From an uncultured Terracidiphilus sp. (GTDB taxonomy: Bacteria; Acidobacteriota; Terriglobia; Terriglobales; Acidobacteriaceae): 44,085 nucleotides of DNA. Under the pieces are notes generated by a model that searched no databases, was not told where the DNA came from, and worked only from the letters and a program-made list of their open reading frames with translations. Positions 9,001 through 16,973 of the stretch are shown here, in pieces. Within the stretch, counting starts at the first letter, position 1. The number at the start of each line of letters is the position of its first letter. Made by a program: the position numbers and the translations under genes. The stretch is taken from NCBI GenBank assembly GCA_964630985.1, contig CAZVYV010000001.1:1-44085 (forward strand), written 5' to 3'.

Positions 9001-10264
9001 AGAAACAGTCAAAGCCAAGGCCGAACTTGCAGCTATCAGCGATCCGGCGGACGAAGCCCAGAACTATCAGTACCTGTTGGCCGAAGCTAACGTCTACAGC
9101 CAGGAACACCAGAACCTACAGGCGCTCACAGCCTTTGCTACGGCGGCCAATGGAGCCGGCGACGACCAAACCGCCGAACAGGCAATGCTCGCAACCGGGG
9201 CCAACGAGGGCATGAGAATCAATCCGCATTTGAGTGTGCTCTCGGATGCTTCTGTCGAACCCCTCTTCGAAGATTCGACGGTTTACGTCCTCGACTCTAA
9301 AACGCTCGCAACATTGCCACCCTCCAACACCTCACAGTTGCCGCCGCCGCGTTCGTCGATCCAAACCATGTGGACCAACGCATTCCATCTTCATTTTCCT
9401 GTCACCAATGCGCTCGCGCCGGCCGGGTTCTTTCAAGTGCGCAATGCCCGGGGTTCGATTTCGCTGCCTGAAACGAACTCGATTATCGATCGCAACACCA
9501 CTGACTCCACGTTCAATTTCTCGCTGAACCCGACGATTCACGTCGGCGATAACGTGATGACATTCAACACTGGAGCTCAGGAAACTGTGCGGCGCGACTC
9601 AAAGGATCCGTACGACATGGATCAGAATCTTTTTCGCGTTTACACGTATATGTCGACAAGCTCGTTCTTTAACGTAATCTCGGCCACTGGGTTTCTGATG
9701 CGTGAAGCAGGCCCCTTCACTGAGAGTGGACAGTACTCGCGCGAACTTGCCGCAAAACTCGACTTTCGCGTGGGTTCGCCATGGGGGAAGACAGCGCTGG
9801 TGACCGGCTACGGAGTCGACGATCTGTTGTTTAAGAAGGCGTACATCGAGTACTACTTCACATCCTCTTATCTCGGTTTTGAACACAGGTTCTCGCCGCG
9901 GCTTGACGTAAAGGCCCTTGCCGAGGACGTACGCTCGTGGCGCATCTATCAATCACGATGGGGCATTTCACAGAGCCTCCGGCCGGCAGGAAGTGTCGAC
10001 TTTATCCCCATGCGCAACTGGGATCTGCAGTTTTCAAGCGCTTATTCAAGTGTCAGAGGATTTCATATCTACGACGCGACGCAGAATGGAATTTCCATCT
10101 CTTATTCGCGGCCACTACGCCGCAACTTCAACGACAATTCGACGCCGCTCACGCTGAAGTATCCCATCCGTTTTTCAGCGGGCATTCAGCAGGAAACTTT
10201 CTTTAATTTTCCGGGCGCGCAGAATCAAACGTTTAGACCCTATGCGGAGATCACAATTTTTTAG
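6008..10264 (+). CDS. Large TPR-repeat outer-membrane protein with a putative C-terminal beta-barrel (PelB/PgaA/BcsC-like architecture)
   Basis: Signal peptide, ~1000 aa of TPR-like helical repeats (e.g. AVEAAPNDPQLWFLLG, AIKLEPNNGEAHLGLA), a ~350-aa aromatic beta-strand-rich C-terminus, and terminal Phe (YAEITIF). Confidence 0.8.
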   Translation: MLARLGLLKFAVVCVSAAFVCVVHGQTYQVGPGASTGSPSPNAPASQKNQKQAQNLGWGSNIQNARLGRAAEMALQHGNHALAREYAQRAVEAAPNDPQLWFLLGYAARLDGDYRQAVDAYSHGLQLNPSSLDGQSGLAQVYQLTGRTDEAERILKQVVAASPDRSGDLTMLGEMSMRSKDYPGAIDWLDRAEKIHPDARAELLLALCYQQTKQTDLANRYLELAEHRAPNNPEIQRAMAGFYRDTGNFAQAIAVLQSIRNPKPDVTAELAYTYQLDGKPSESARFFARAANEDPKDMTLQLSAAQAEIATGSVAEANSFLKRATVLDANYYRLHALSGEIAELQDRDRDALQEYTAALASLPEHPAEGRLYGIQLHMDLVALDQNLGNEADGRSQLATAQAEISALDGSGADREEFLRLRSSIKLAAGDPEGALADVKDALAINHDRGNLQLDGDILMKLDRTDEAIAVYKQVLAGDPDDRLAVTSLGYAFRAAGQDEEAERDFEHLATVDPSSHVAYLALGDLFTARREFPKAQASYSKGYELDPQNALVVAGGINAGIEAHNLPQAGQWLSRVTESMKDDPKVLRESERYLRLSGKYQESEDVAQKAIKALPDDREVVVYLGYDLLLLRKDDDLLALTSKYWNVLPKEADIPLLAGYVHKNRGFNEQAVADFTETIHRNPDAVTAYVNRGYVENDLRQSQPAAEDFEAAIKLEPNNGEAHLGLAYADLGLRKPDAVLRQANLAERESGDSLGLHVIRATAYGRMDMLTMAAREYQAALKFAPNDGELHIGLGNTYFAERRYHDAIGELEVAEKFSPENPQIYAWLARSYASLQEREKTYFNVRLAEQHALSQPVRAVERGPDPIEDPGSQLSDILISTGEALSTLGDQNAAMDRFQKALVGAGSDRISVRLAIAEIMTQRGHQDDAERQIALGWMEAEAGDTVPPSGSQYVEAANLFSSMHQYDLSENYLAHAKASGASDAEVRIALANDDLALGETVKAKAELAAISDPADEAQNYQYLLAEANVYSQEHQNLQALTAFATAANGAGDDQTAEQAMLATGANEGMRINPHLSVLSDASVEPLFEDSTVYVLDSKTLATLPPSNTSQLPPPRSSIQTMWTNAFHLHFPVTNALAPAGFFQVRNARGSISLPETNSIIDRNTTDSTFNFSLNPTIHVGDNVMTFNTGAQETVRRDSKDPYDMDQNLFRVYTYMSTSSFFNVISATGFLMREAGPFTESGQYSRELAAKLDFRVGSPWGKTALVTGYGVDDLLFKKAYIEYYFTSSYLGFEHRFSPRLDVKALAEDVRSWRIYQSRWGISQSLRPAGSVDFIPMRNWDLQFSSAYSSVRGFHIYDATQNGISISYSRPLRRNFNDNSTPLTLKYPIRFSAGIQQETFFNFPGAQNQTFRPYAEITIF

Positions 10265-10275
10265 AGGCATATACC

Positions 10276-11583
10276 ATGAAAATTTGTCTAGTTGCTACCT
10301 TCCCCCCCAGCGGACGCCAGTTGAACGAGTATGCGTTTTACATTGCCAACGAGCTCCAGCGTCATCGCAATGTGGAGCTGACAATTCTCGCCGACGAGCT
10401 GACTAGTTATGACTTCGTAACCGACGAGAATGGCAAGACGATCGCGGCCAATCAGCTTCCGGAACTAGCGGGATTTAACCTCATTCGTTGCTGGAAGTTC
10501 GGGAGCTTGTCGAATCCGGCTCGGCTGTTGAACACCATCCGCAAATTGAAACCCGATGTCGTCTGGTACCACCTTGTCTTTTCCACCTTCGCGACTCCAG
10601 ACAAGCCGGTTACAGCATTTGCGGGCCTGTCCGCTCCGGCACTTACTCGGGGCGCAGGCTTTTACACGCATGTTACCCTGCACCACATTATTGAGCATGT
10701 GGATTTTTCCGCGACAGAAGTGCGCCGTGAGCGCCTCTTCCGCCTTGGCGCTGAAATGGCCACCAAGACGCTGTTGCGCGCAAATTCGGTTTCTGTGCTG
10801 CTACCCGGCTATTACCAGACCTTGTTAACCAAGTATCGCGCCCGAAACGTGCTATTGGGTACTCACGGTACATTTGCACCGGTTCTTGCTCCGCCGGACT
10901 TTTCGAAACGTGGCAATCCCGATCAACGCATTTTGGCTTTCGGGCACTGGGGAACCTATAAACGGCTCGAAACCCTGATGGAGGCCTTCCCTCTGATCCT
11001 GATGAAAGCGCCGCGTGCAAGATTGGTCGTTGCCGGCGCCAATCATTACACCAAGCCTGGGTATTGGGAATCGATTCGTGCGTCTCTGCCACCGGGATTG
11101 CCAGTTGAATTCCGCGGATACGTTCCCGAAGATGCCATTCCGGAACTGTTTCAAACCGCATCCATCGTGGTGCTGCCCTATGATTCCGCGACCGGAGCGA
11201 GCGGACCGGCTCATCAGGCGTGTGAGTTCGGGGTCCCCATCGTGAGTGCGGGCATTCCGGATTTTCGCGCGATGGCGGAAAACGAAGATCTGGCGATGCG
11301 TTTTTATAAAGTCGGTGATGCCAGCGATCTCGCCGAGCAACTCGGGGAAGTTCTACGGTCACCAAAACTCGAACACGCAATGGCACAGCAAAATTTCGCC
11401 GCAGGCGTCGAAATGAACATAGCGCAGGTTGTATCCAACTATCTTCGCTGGTTCGAGTTGAATAAGTGCAAGAGATTGTTGCGTGATAGCAAGGAGTCTC
11501 TCCGACCGCGATTCTCGCTGGACTCGATGCGCGAGCGAGGCCCTGTTTCACTGCAGCCCGGCGATTCCGCGCCTATGCCTTGA
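10276..11583 (+). CDS. GT4 family glycosyltransferase (mannosyltransferase-like subtype)
   Basis: MKICLVATFPP, FGHWGTYKRLETL, GYVPED, VLPY...SG motifs of GT-B/GT4. Confidence 0.88.
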   Translation: MKICLVATFPPSGRQLNEYAFYIANELQRHRNVELTILADELTSYDFVTDENGKTIAANQLPELAGFNLIRCWKFGSLSNPARLLNTIRKLKPDVVWYHLVFSTFATPDKPVTAFAGLSAPALTRGAGFYTHVTLHHIIEHVDFSATEVRRERLFRLGAEMATKTLLRANSVSVLLPGYYQTLLTKYRARNVLLGTHGTFAPVLAPPDFSKRGNPDQRILAFGHWGTYKRLETLMEAFPLILMKAPRARLVVAGANHYTKPGYWESIRASLPPGLPVEFRGYVPEDAIPELFQTASIVVLPYDSATGASGPAHQACEFGVPIVSAGIPDFRAMAENEDLAMRFYKVGDASDLAEQLGEVLRSPKLEHAMAQQNFAAGVEMNIAQVVSNYLRWFELNKCKRLLRDSKESLRPRFSLDSMRERGPVSLQPGDSAPMP

Positions 11584-11926
11584 GCAGCAAGTCGAGATTC
11601 TAGCAGTTCTTGTATCAGGATTTGTCGTCAAAGTTTCGCCTGGGCGGAGGTTTCCGCTCAACGGGAAGTCTGCGGGATCAAAGTGAATTGAACCACTCCC
11701 TCCATCGCCGAACAGGTTCCCGATATCGGAGCCCCGCCAGCTGAATTCTCCCTACCGGAACAAACCCCCCGACTTTTCAACGCATCGTAATGAATTGACG
11801 ACAAGAGTAGTAGTCGAGCTCTTCGTGCTAGTTAGTGAGTGTTCCACCAGAATTTCATTGATTATTTTGAAACGCTCTAGACCCGGGTGACCGGCCGAGA
11901 ATGATTTTTCGTCTGCAGGGACTTCA

Positions 11927-13123
11927 ATGCGAGTTTGCCTGATTACAACGTTTCCTCCCAGCCGGCACCATCTCAGCGAATACGGCTTTCATCTCGCCAA
12001 TGAACTCCGCCGACAGAATATCGATTTCACAATTCTTGGTGACGAGTATGCGCCAGGGCAGTCTGATCACTTCGAATTGCCGGGCTTTACGGTTCGCCGC
12101 TGCTGGCGCGTGGGTGCGGTGGGCAATGTCCTGAGTATTCTGACTGCGGTGCGCGAAATTCAGCCCGACATCGTTTGGTTCAACCTTGTGTATTCGACAT
12201 TCGGCACGAACCCAATCGCTGCATTTGCAGGACTCTGCATACCCGCGCTTGTACGCGCCGCCGGCTTCAGGACGCATGTCACGTTACATCACCTGATGGC
12301 TCTCTGCGACTTGCATCATGCAGACATTTCCTTTCCTCGTGTTTATCGCTTTGCCGGCTCCATCGCGACGCGCTTGCTCCTGCGCGCCGACTCCGTCTCT
12401 GTGCTGCTTGAACGTTACCAGCAAATTCTGCAGCAAGGGTACGGCGCCAAAAATATTGGCGTCCGCCCGCATGGAACACTCGGCAGGCCGCACCCGCCGG
12501 ATTCGGCATCACGTCCACCAAGCGAATTCCGAATACTGGCGTTCGGGAAGTGGGGTCGCTACAAGCGCCTAGAGACGCCGCTCGACGCCCTTTCTGCAGT
12601 GCTTTCCGCAGTACCGAATGCTTCATTGCTTATTGCCGGATGCGATCACCCAAACCGGCCGGGCTATCTGGCTGCTCTTAAGGAGAAATGGGGCAATCAT
12701 CCCCAGATCAAGTTCCTCGGGTATCTGGATGAGGACAAGCTCGACGAAGTCTTTCGCGAGGCACATGTTGCGGTCATGCCATATCTTTCCTCCGGCGGAC
12801 CGAGCGGGGTGGCCCACATCGCGGCTCGCTTTGGCCTGCCGATAGTGGCTGCTGAAGTAGACGATTTTGTACGCCTCGCGGAAGAGGAAGGTCTCGCGAT
12901 CGATACGTATAAGCCGGGCGACTCGGTCGACCTGGCCACGCGCCTGATTGCACTCGCTCACGACCCTGCCCGCCAGGCGCGCATGGCCGAGCAGAATTAT
13001 CAGGTAGCTGTGCAATCGACAATGCCGCGCATCGTCGCGTCGTATGTAACAGAATTCAAGCGTTTGCTCGACGAATCAAAGCGACTTCCCACCGCGCCGG
13101 AAGGCGAGGCAACTGCAGCGTAA
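11927..13123 (+). CDS. GT4 family glycosyltransferase, paralog of the upstream gene
   Basis: MRVCLITTFPPS, FGKWGRYKRLET, GYLDED, MPY...SG motifs. Confidence 0.88.
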   Translation: MRVCLITTFPPSRHHLSEYGFHLANELRRQNIDFTILGDEYAPGQSDHFELPGFTVRRCWRVGAVGNVLSILTAVREIQPDIVWFNLVYSTFGTNPIAAFAGLCIPALVRAAGFRTHVTLHHLMALCDLHHADISFPRVYRFAGSIATRLLLRADSVSVLLERYQQILQQGYGAKNIGVRPHGTLGRPHPPDSASRPPSEFRILAFGKWGRYKRLETPLDALSAVLSAVPNASLLIAGCDHPNRPGYLAALKEKWGNHPQIKFLGYLDEDKLDEVFREAHVAVMPYLSSGGPSGVAHIAARFGLPIVAAEVDDFVRLAEEEGLAIDTYKPGDSVDLATRLIALAHDPARQARMAEQNYQVAVQSTMPRIVASYVTEFKRLLDESKRLPTAPEGEATAA

Positions 13124-13226
13124 CCGGGGTTTCCATTATGGCACTTCACGAGCGAGTACAGGAAAGGAAGACTGGCTAGTCAAGCGATCTCCCTGTCCCC
13201 AGATCTGCCGAGTTCAACTTCTAGGA

Positions 13227-14087
13227 GTGTCCGTGTCGCGACATAGTTTCAGCTTTGTGATTCCCGCTTACAACGAAGCATCTCGGCTTGTTCCGACGTT
13301 GAATGCGATCGCCGATCTTTCGGCCTCTCATCTTGGCGAGTGCGAGATCATCGTTGTTGACGATGGATCAACGGACGAAACCGCAGACATCGCTCAAGCT
13401 TTTCAGGCCCCCCATTGTCGTGTCTGCGTTCTGTCCCTTCCGCACCGCGGTAAGGGAGCCGCTATCCGTCACGGTGTAAACGTCGCGACCGGCGAAATTG
13501 TGATCCTTTGCGACGCGGATCTGCGAGACGCGGTCCGCGAAGTTCTCTCTCTTCTTGTGGCCTTGAAAAATGGGGCAGACATAGCCATCGGATCGCGATG
13601 GCTTGCCCCATTCGAATCTCGCTGTGTACAGCCGTTCCATCGGCGCGTCGCGAGCCGGATCTTTAATTTGGTCGCAAGTCATGTCCTTGCATTGCCTTTT
13701 AGAGACACACAGTGCGGTTTGAAGACGCTCACGCTCGACGCTGCCACCCGCACATTTCCGCTGCTGAATCTGGATGGTTGGGGATACGATAGTGAGCTAA
13801 TTCACGTCGCCCTTACGCACAGCCTCCGCGTTGAGGAAGTCGATTTGCGCCTGGAGCATGATTACAGCAATTCTCATTTCCGCCCACTTGTTGACGGCTG
13901 TGCCACATTGTTGGAGTTGTTTGAGATTCGTTGGAACGATCTTCGCGGCGCTTATGGACGTCCCGCCCGTGGCCCCATTTCTTTCAGGGAAACTGCTAAG
14001 CGTAGCCTGAACTTCTTTGAGGAGAGCACATCGCCGGAGCCATTGGAATTACCCGCAAATTCACCGAGCGACGATTTGGCAGCGTGA
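13227..14087 (+). CDS. GT2 dolichyl/polyprenyl-phosphate glycosyltransferase (ALG5/DPG-synthase-like)
   Basis: VIPAYNE, VDDGSTD, HRGKGAAIRHG, DAD, DTQCG, GWGYDSEL motifs. Confidence 0.87.
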   Translation: MSVSRHSFSFVIPAYNEASRLVPTLNAIADLSASHLGECEIIVVDDGSTDETADIAQAFQAPHCRVCVLSLPHRGKGAAIRHGVNVATGEIVILCDADLRDAVREVLSLLVALKNGADIAIGSRWLAPFESRCVQPFHRRVASRIFNLVASHVLALPFRDTQCGLKTLTLDAATRTFPLLNLDGWGYDSELIHVALTHSLRVEEVDLRLEHDYSNSHFRPLVDGCATLLELFEIRWNDLRGAYGRPARGPISFRETAKRSLNFFEESTSPEPLELPANSPSDDLAA

Positions 14088-14263
14088 ATCGCGCCGATTT
14101 GGACCGCGAGGCTCGGATACCCTGACTTGACACAGATCGCCCTGATCCTGGGAGCGTGATCGCCGCGGTGGCGGGGCTGCATGGACTGCAGCTTCCGGGG
14201 TATTTGTTTGCCAGAAACCCGCATACTTCAAAAGGTCGAAACTGAGGTGCTGCAGAGGCAGCA

Positions 14264-15079
14264 TCAGTGTTGCGGTATGAGTTCGCTGAAGGGGATGAGA
14301 TCGAGGGCGGGGAACTCCCGTAGAACTGGAAGGGCCTTGCGTTCGATATCGCGCGAGGCGCGGAGGCGGGTTCGAACGCGAGCTAGATCTGCGTCATTAT
14401 AGCCAGGGTGCGTCACGAGTTCCCATGTGCCGGCGGGAACCCGATCGAGAAGGCGTTGGAGAGTCACGGTATCGAGTGCGCCGGTGCCGGACACGCCGAG
14501 TGTGCCGCCGGTGGTCGCGAAGCCTTCCTCGGCAATGATCCGGTGCCAGGTGGACTCGAGGCAGCGGAGAATGCTGACCTGCGCAGCGCGGACGAAGCCG
14601 GTACCGGCGGTGGCGCGAATGGCCCAGGTCGGCTCGAATGGACTGCGAACTGAGTGAATGCCACAGGCGCGTGCTCCGCGGAGAAGGGGACCGAGCACGC
14701 GGGGAAACATATGCGTGTGTTTATGAGTGTCGACGTGGGTGACGTGAAGCCCGCGTGACTGCAGGTATTGGATCTGGGCTGTGGCGTCGGCCTCGATTTC
14801 TTCGTCACGCATACGGCCGATGAACAGGCGGCCGAGGAACACGGTGAGCCTCGGGATGAAGGAATTGGTGGAGGGGGTCGATCAGCGAACGGATCTGAGC
14901 GGGCGGAAGGACTGGTTCGCCGTCGGTGAGGACGATGTGACAGCCGACGCCGAGGGTTGGTGTGGCGCTGGTCAGCAAGCCCGCCCTGTGAAGTTCGAGG
15001 ACGGCGCGGTTAATTCCCTGGGTTTGGCCGAAGTCGTCAGCGTTGACGATGAGACGGGTCGTTGGTTCGCTGCGGACAC
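14264..15079 (-). pseudogene. YdjC/ChbG/HpnK-family carbohydrate deacetylase, frameshifted and with an internal deletion
   Basis: Upstream frame reads [48 protein letters not shown]...LIDP. It joins the downstream frame (HVDTHKHTH, ELVTHPGY) only via a 1-nt shift at the G5 run 14873-14877. The segment normally between TSAT and P.LGVG.H is missing. The 5' boundary is uncertain. Confidence 0.75.
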
Positions 15080-15155
15080 AGGCTGCGTCCTTCCAAGAGA
15101 GAAAATGTGTGCATCGCCACGTGTAGGGGCCCGGAGCCGGTGCGCCAGCCGTCGA

Positions 15156-16688
15156 TCACGGCAGTTGATTCACATAACATGCACCGCTGGTCGTTTGTGC
15201 GGGTGGTGTAGGAGGAGACATCCATGGCGGCGAGGTGAAATTGAAGAATTCCGTCATATCCGGCTGCGCAGCGTCGCGCTTCGTGAGAGCCGGCACACTG
15301 AACCGTGTCTCAATCAACTTCAGAATCGCCGTGGTATCGGCAACGGTGTGGTCCACGTAGTTCTTCTTCGCGTAGGGCGAAATCACGATGAGTGGAACCC
15401 GGTATCCGGTGTAGACGAAATCGCAGGTTGGCCCGGTGGTGGTGGTACAGATATCGCCCGGCAACATGTCCACCGGCTTGATGCCATCCGGGCTCACCGC
15501 CGGCTGCGGCGTAACGTGATCGTAGAGACCTCCGTTTTCGTCGTAGGTAAGAATGAAGGCCGAGTCCTTCCAGTACTGGCTCTGCATGAGCCCGTTGATA
15601 AGCGACTCGACGTATTGAGCTCCCAGCTGAATATCGGACGGCGACGTATCGTCAACCGACGGATGCTCGTCGAAACCCGCATCCGTCGCGGGCTCGAACT
15701 GCGCCACCTGGGGCAGCGTGCCATTCTGCAGATCGGTGAAGTACTGCGAGACCGGTGCGATGTTATTCGGATACTGCGACACAATGGTGTTGGCAAACGT
15801 GAAGTCGTTGATGTAGCTCAACTGGATGAGGCACGACGCCTGGTACGGCGGTCCGGAGCAGCCGCTATTGGTGGGATCAACGTAAATCTTCCAGCTGATG
15901 CCCGCAGTTTGCAGCTCCTGAAAAATCGTGGTCTGCTTGAGCTGCGATGAGTCGTTGGCATCGGTTCCCTCGGGATAAACATACCCACCAGACGTTCCCG
16001 CAACCAGATACTCGCGGTTCGATTGGGTGCGCGACAAGGTTGGGTTGAAGAACCGGTCCGACGTGCCAAAGTTCGACGCCATCCAGTAGTAGTAGTTCAG
16101 GTCCGTGCCGTCGTAGTAGCCCATGGCGCGCAGACCATTCGTGTCGTAGTACGGCGGATCGTTGTTGCGTGCATCGTGCGCCGCGGAGTAGACGAATCCG
16201 TTGAGCGTGGCCGCGCTCTGCCCCGTGGGATCGTTGTAGTCCCAATCGACGTGCCCTTCGTTCCACGCCGGGCTCGGGTTTTCGATACATTGGCTGACAA
16301 GGTGGTACGAAGTGATGGGATTGCTTGTGTCATAAGCGCAGTCGGCCGGCGGTGGCTGGTTCGCATTGCAGCCTGGATTCATGGGAGCCGGACCAGCCAG
16401 TGGCGCAGCTCCTGTTGTGGGGTTGAACTGCGGTAGCCCATCGAACGACTGGTCAGGATAACCGTTCTGCGCCCAATATTGGCGTAACGCGCCGAAATAG
16501 TGATCGAACGAACGATTCTCCTGCCCAATGAAGATAATGTGATTGATCGACGTCGACAGGGTTGGAGTTGTTGTGCCGCCGCCTCCACCACCCGTGTACC
16601 CGTTCGTTGAAAGGGCTCCGCAGCCGGAAAGTGCAAGTGTGAGGAAGCTCAGAAAGCCGAGAGAGAGAACAAACTTCGCTATGCGCAT
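15156..16688 (-). CDS. Phosphoesterase (phospholipase C / acid phosphatase AcpA family) lipoprotein; start re-assigned to ATG at 16688
   Basis: Lipobox LSGC; INHIIFIGQENRSFDHYFG, DEHP, TYDENGGLYDHV, GYRVPLIVISPYAK motifs. Confidence 0.88.
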   Translation of the reverse strand: MRIAKFVLSLGFLSFLTLALSGCGALSTNGYTGGGGGGTTTPTLSTSINHIIFIGQENRSFDHYFGALRQYWAQNGYPDQSFDGLPQFNPTTGAAPLAGPAPMNPGCNANQPPPADCAYDTSNPITSYHLVSQCIENPSPAWNEGHVDWDYNDPTGQSAATLNGFVYSAAHDARNNDPPYYDTNGLRAMGYYDGTDLNYYYWMASNFGTSDRFFNPTLSRTQSNREYLVAGTSGGYVYPEGTDANDSSQLKQTTIFQELQTAGISWKIYVDPTNSGCSGPPYQASCLIQLSYINDFTFANTIVSQYPNNIAPVSQYFTDLQNGTLPQVAQFEPATDAGFDEHPSVDDTSPSDIQLGAQYVESLINGLMQSQYWKDSAFILTYDENGGLYDHVTPQPAVSPDGIKPVDMLPGDICTTTTGPTCDFVYTGYRVPLIVISPYAKKNYVDHTVADTTAILKLIETRFSVPALTKRDAAQPDMTEFFNFTSPPWMSPPTPPAQTTSGACYVNQLP

Positions 16689-16973
16689 GGCAAACTCCGA
16701 ACCTAATCTTGAGGCCAGGGCCAATGGAGCTTGTTGAAAAAACATCGAGACGTTTCGAAGCACGATAGAAGTGGCATACGAAAACTGTCACCGCGAACCA
16801 TCAGCGCGCTGTGCAGTCATTCCGGGGCGTTTGTAGAGCGATTCTGCTGTGCACCGGCTGACCGTCTTAGTTTTTTTCAACAATGTGTTTGATGCGCGTG
16901 AACCTGCAAGGCGCTGCCTCGATTCCATTGGACAACCATTCGTGGCGGCGCTGCATCCATTTACTCTATCCAC

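Noticed and set aside
14781-15950. 389-aa + strand ORF
   Set aside because: It is antisense to the phosphoesterase and the YdjC remnant and has no recognisable motifs
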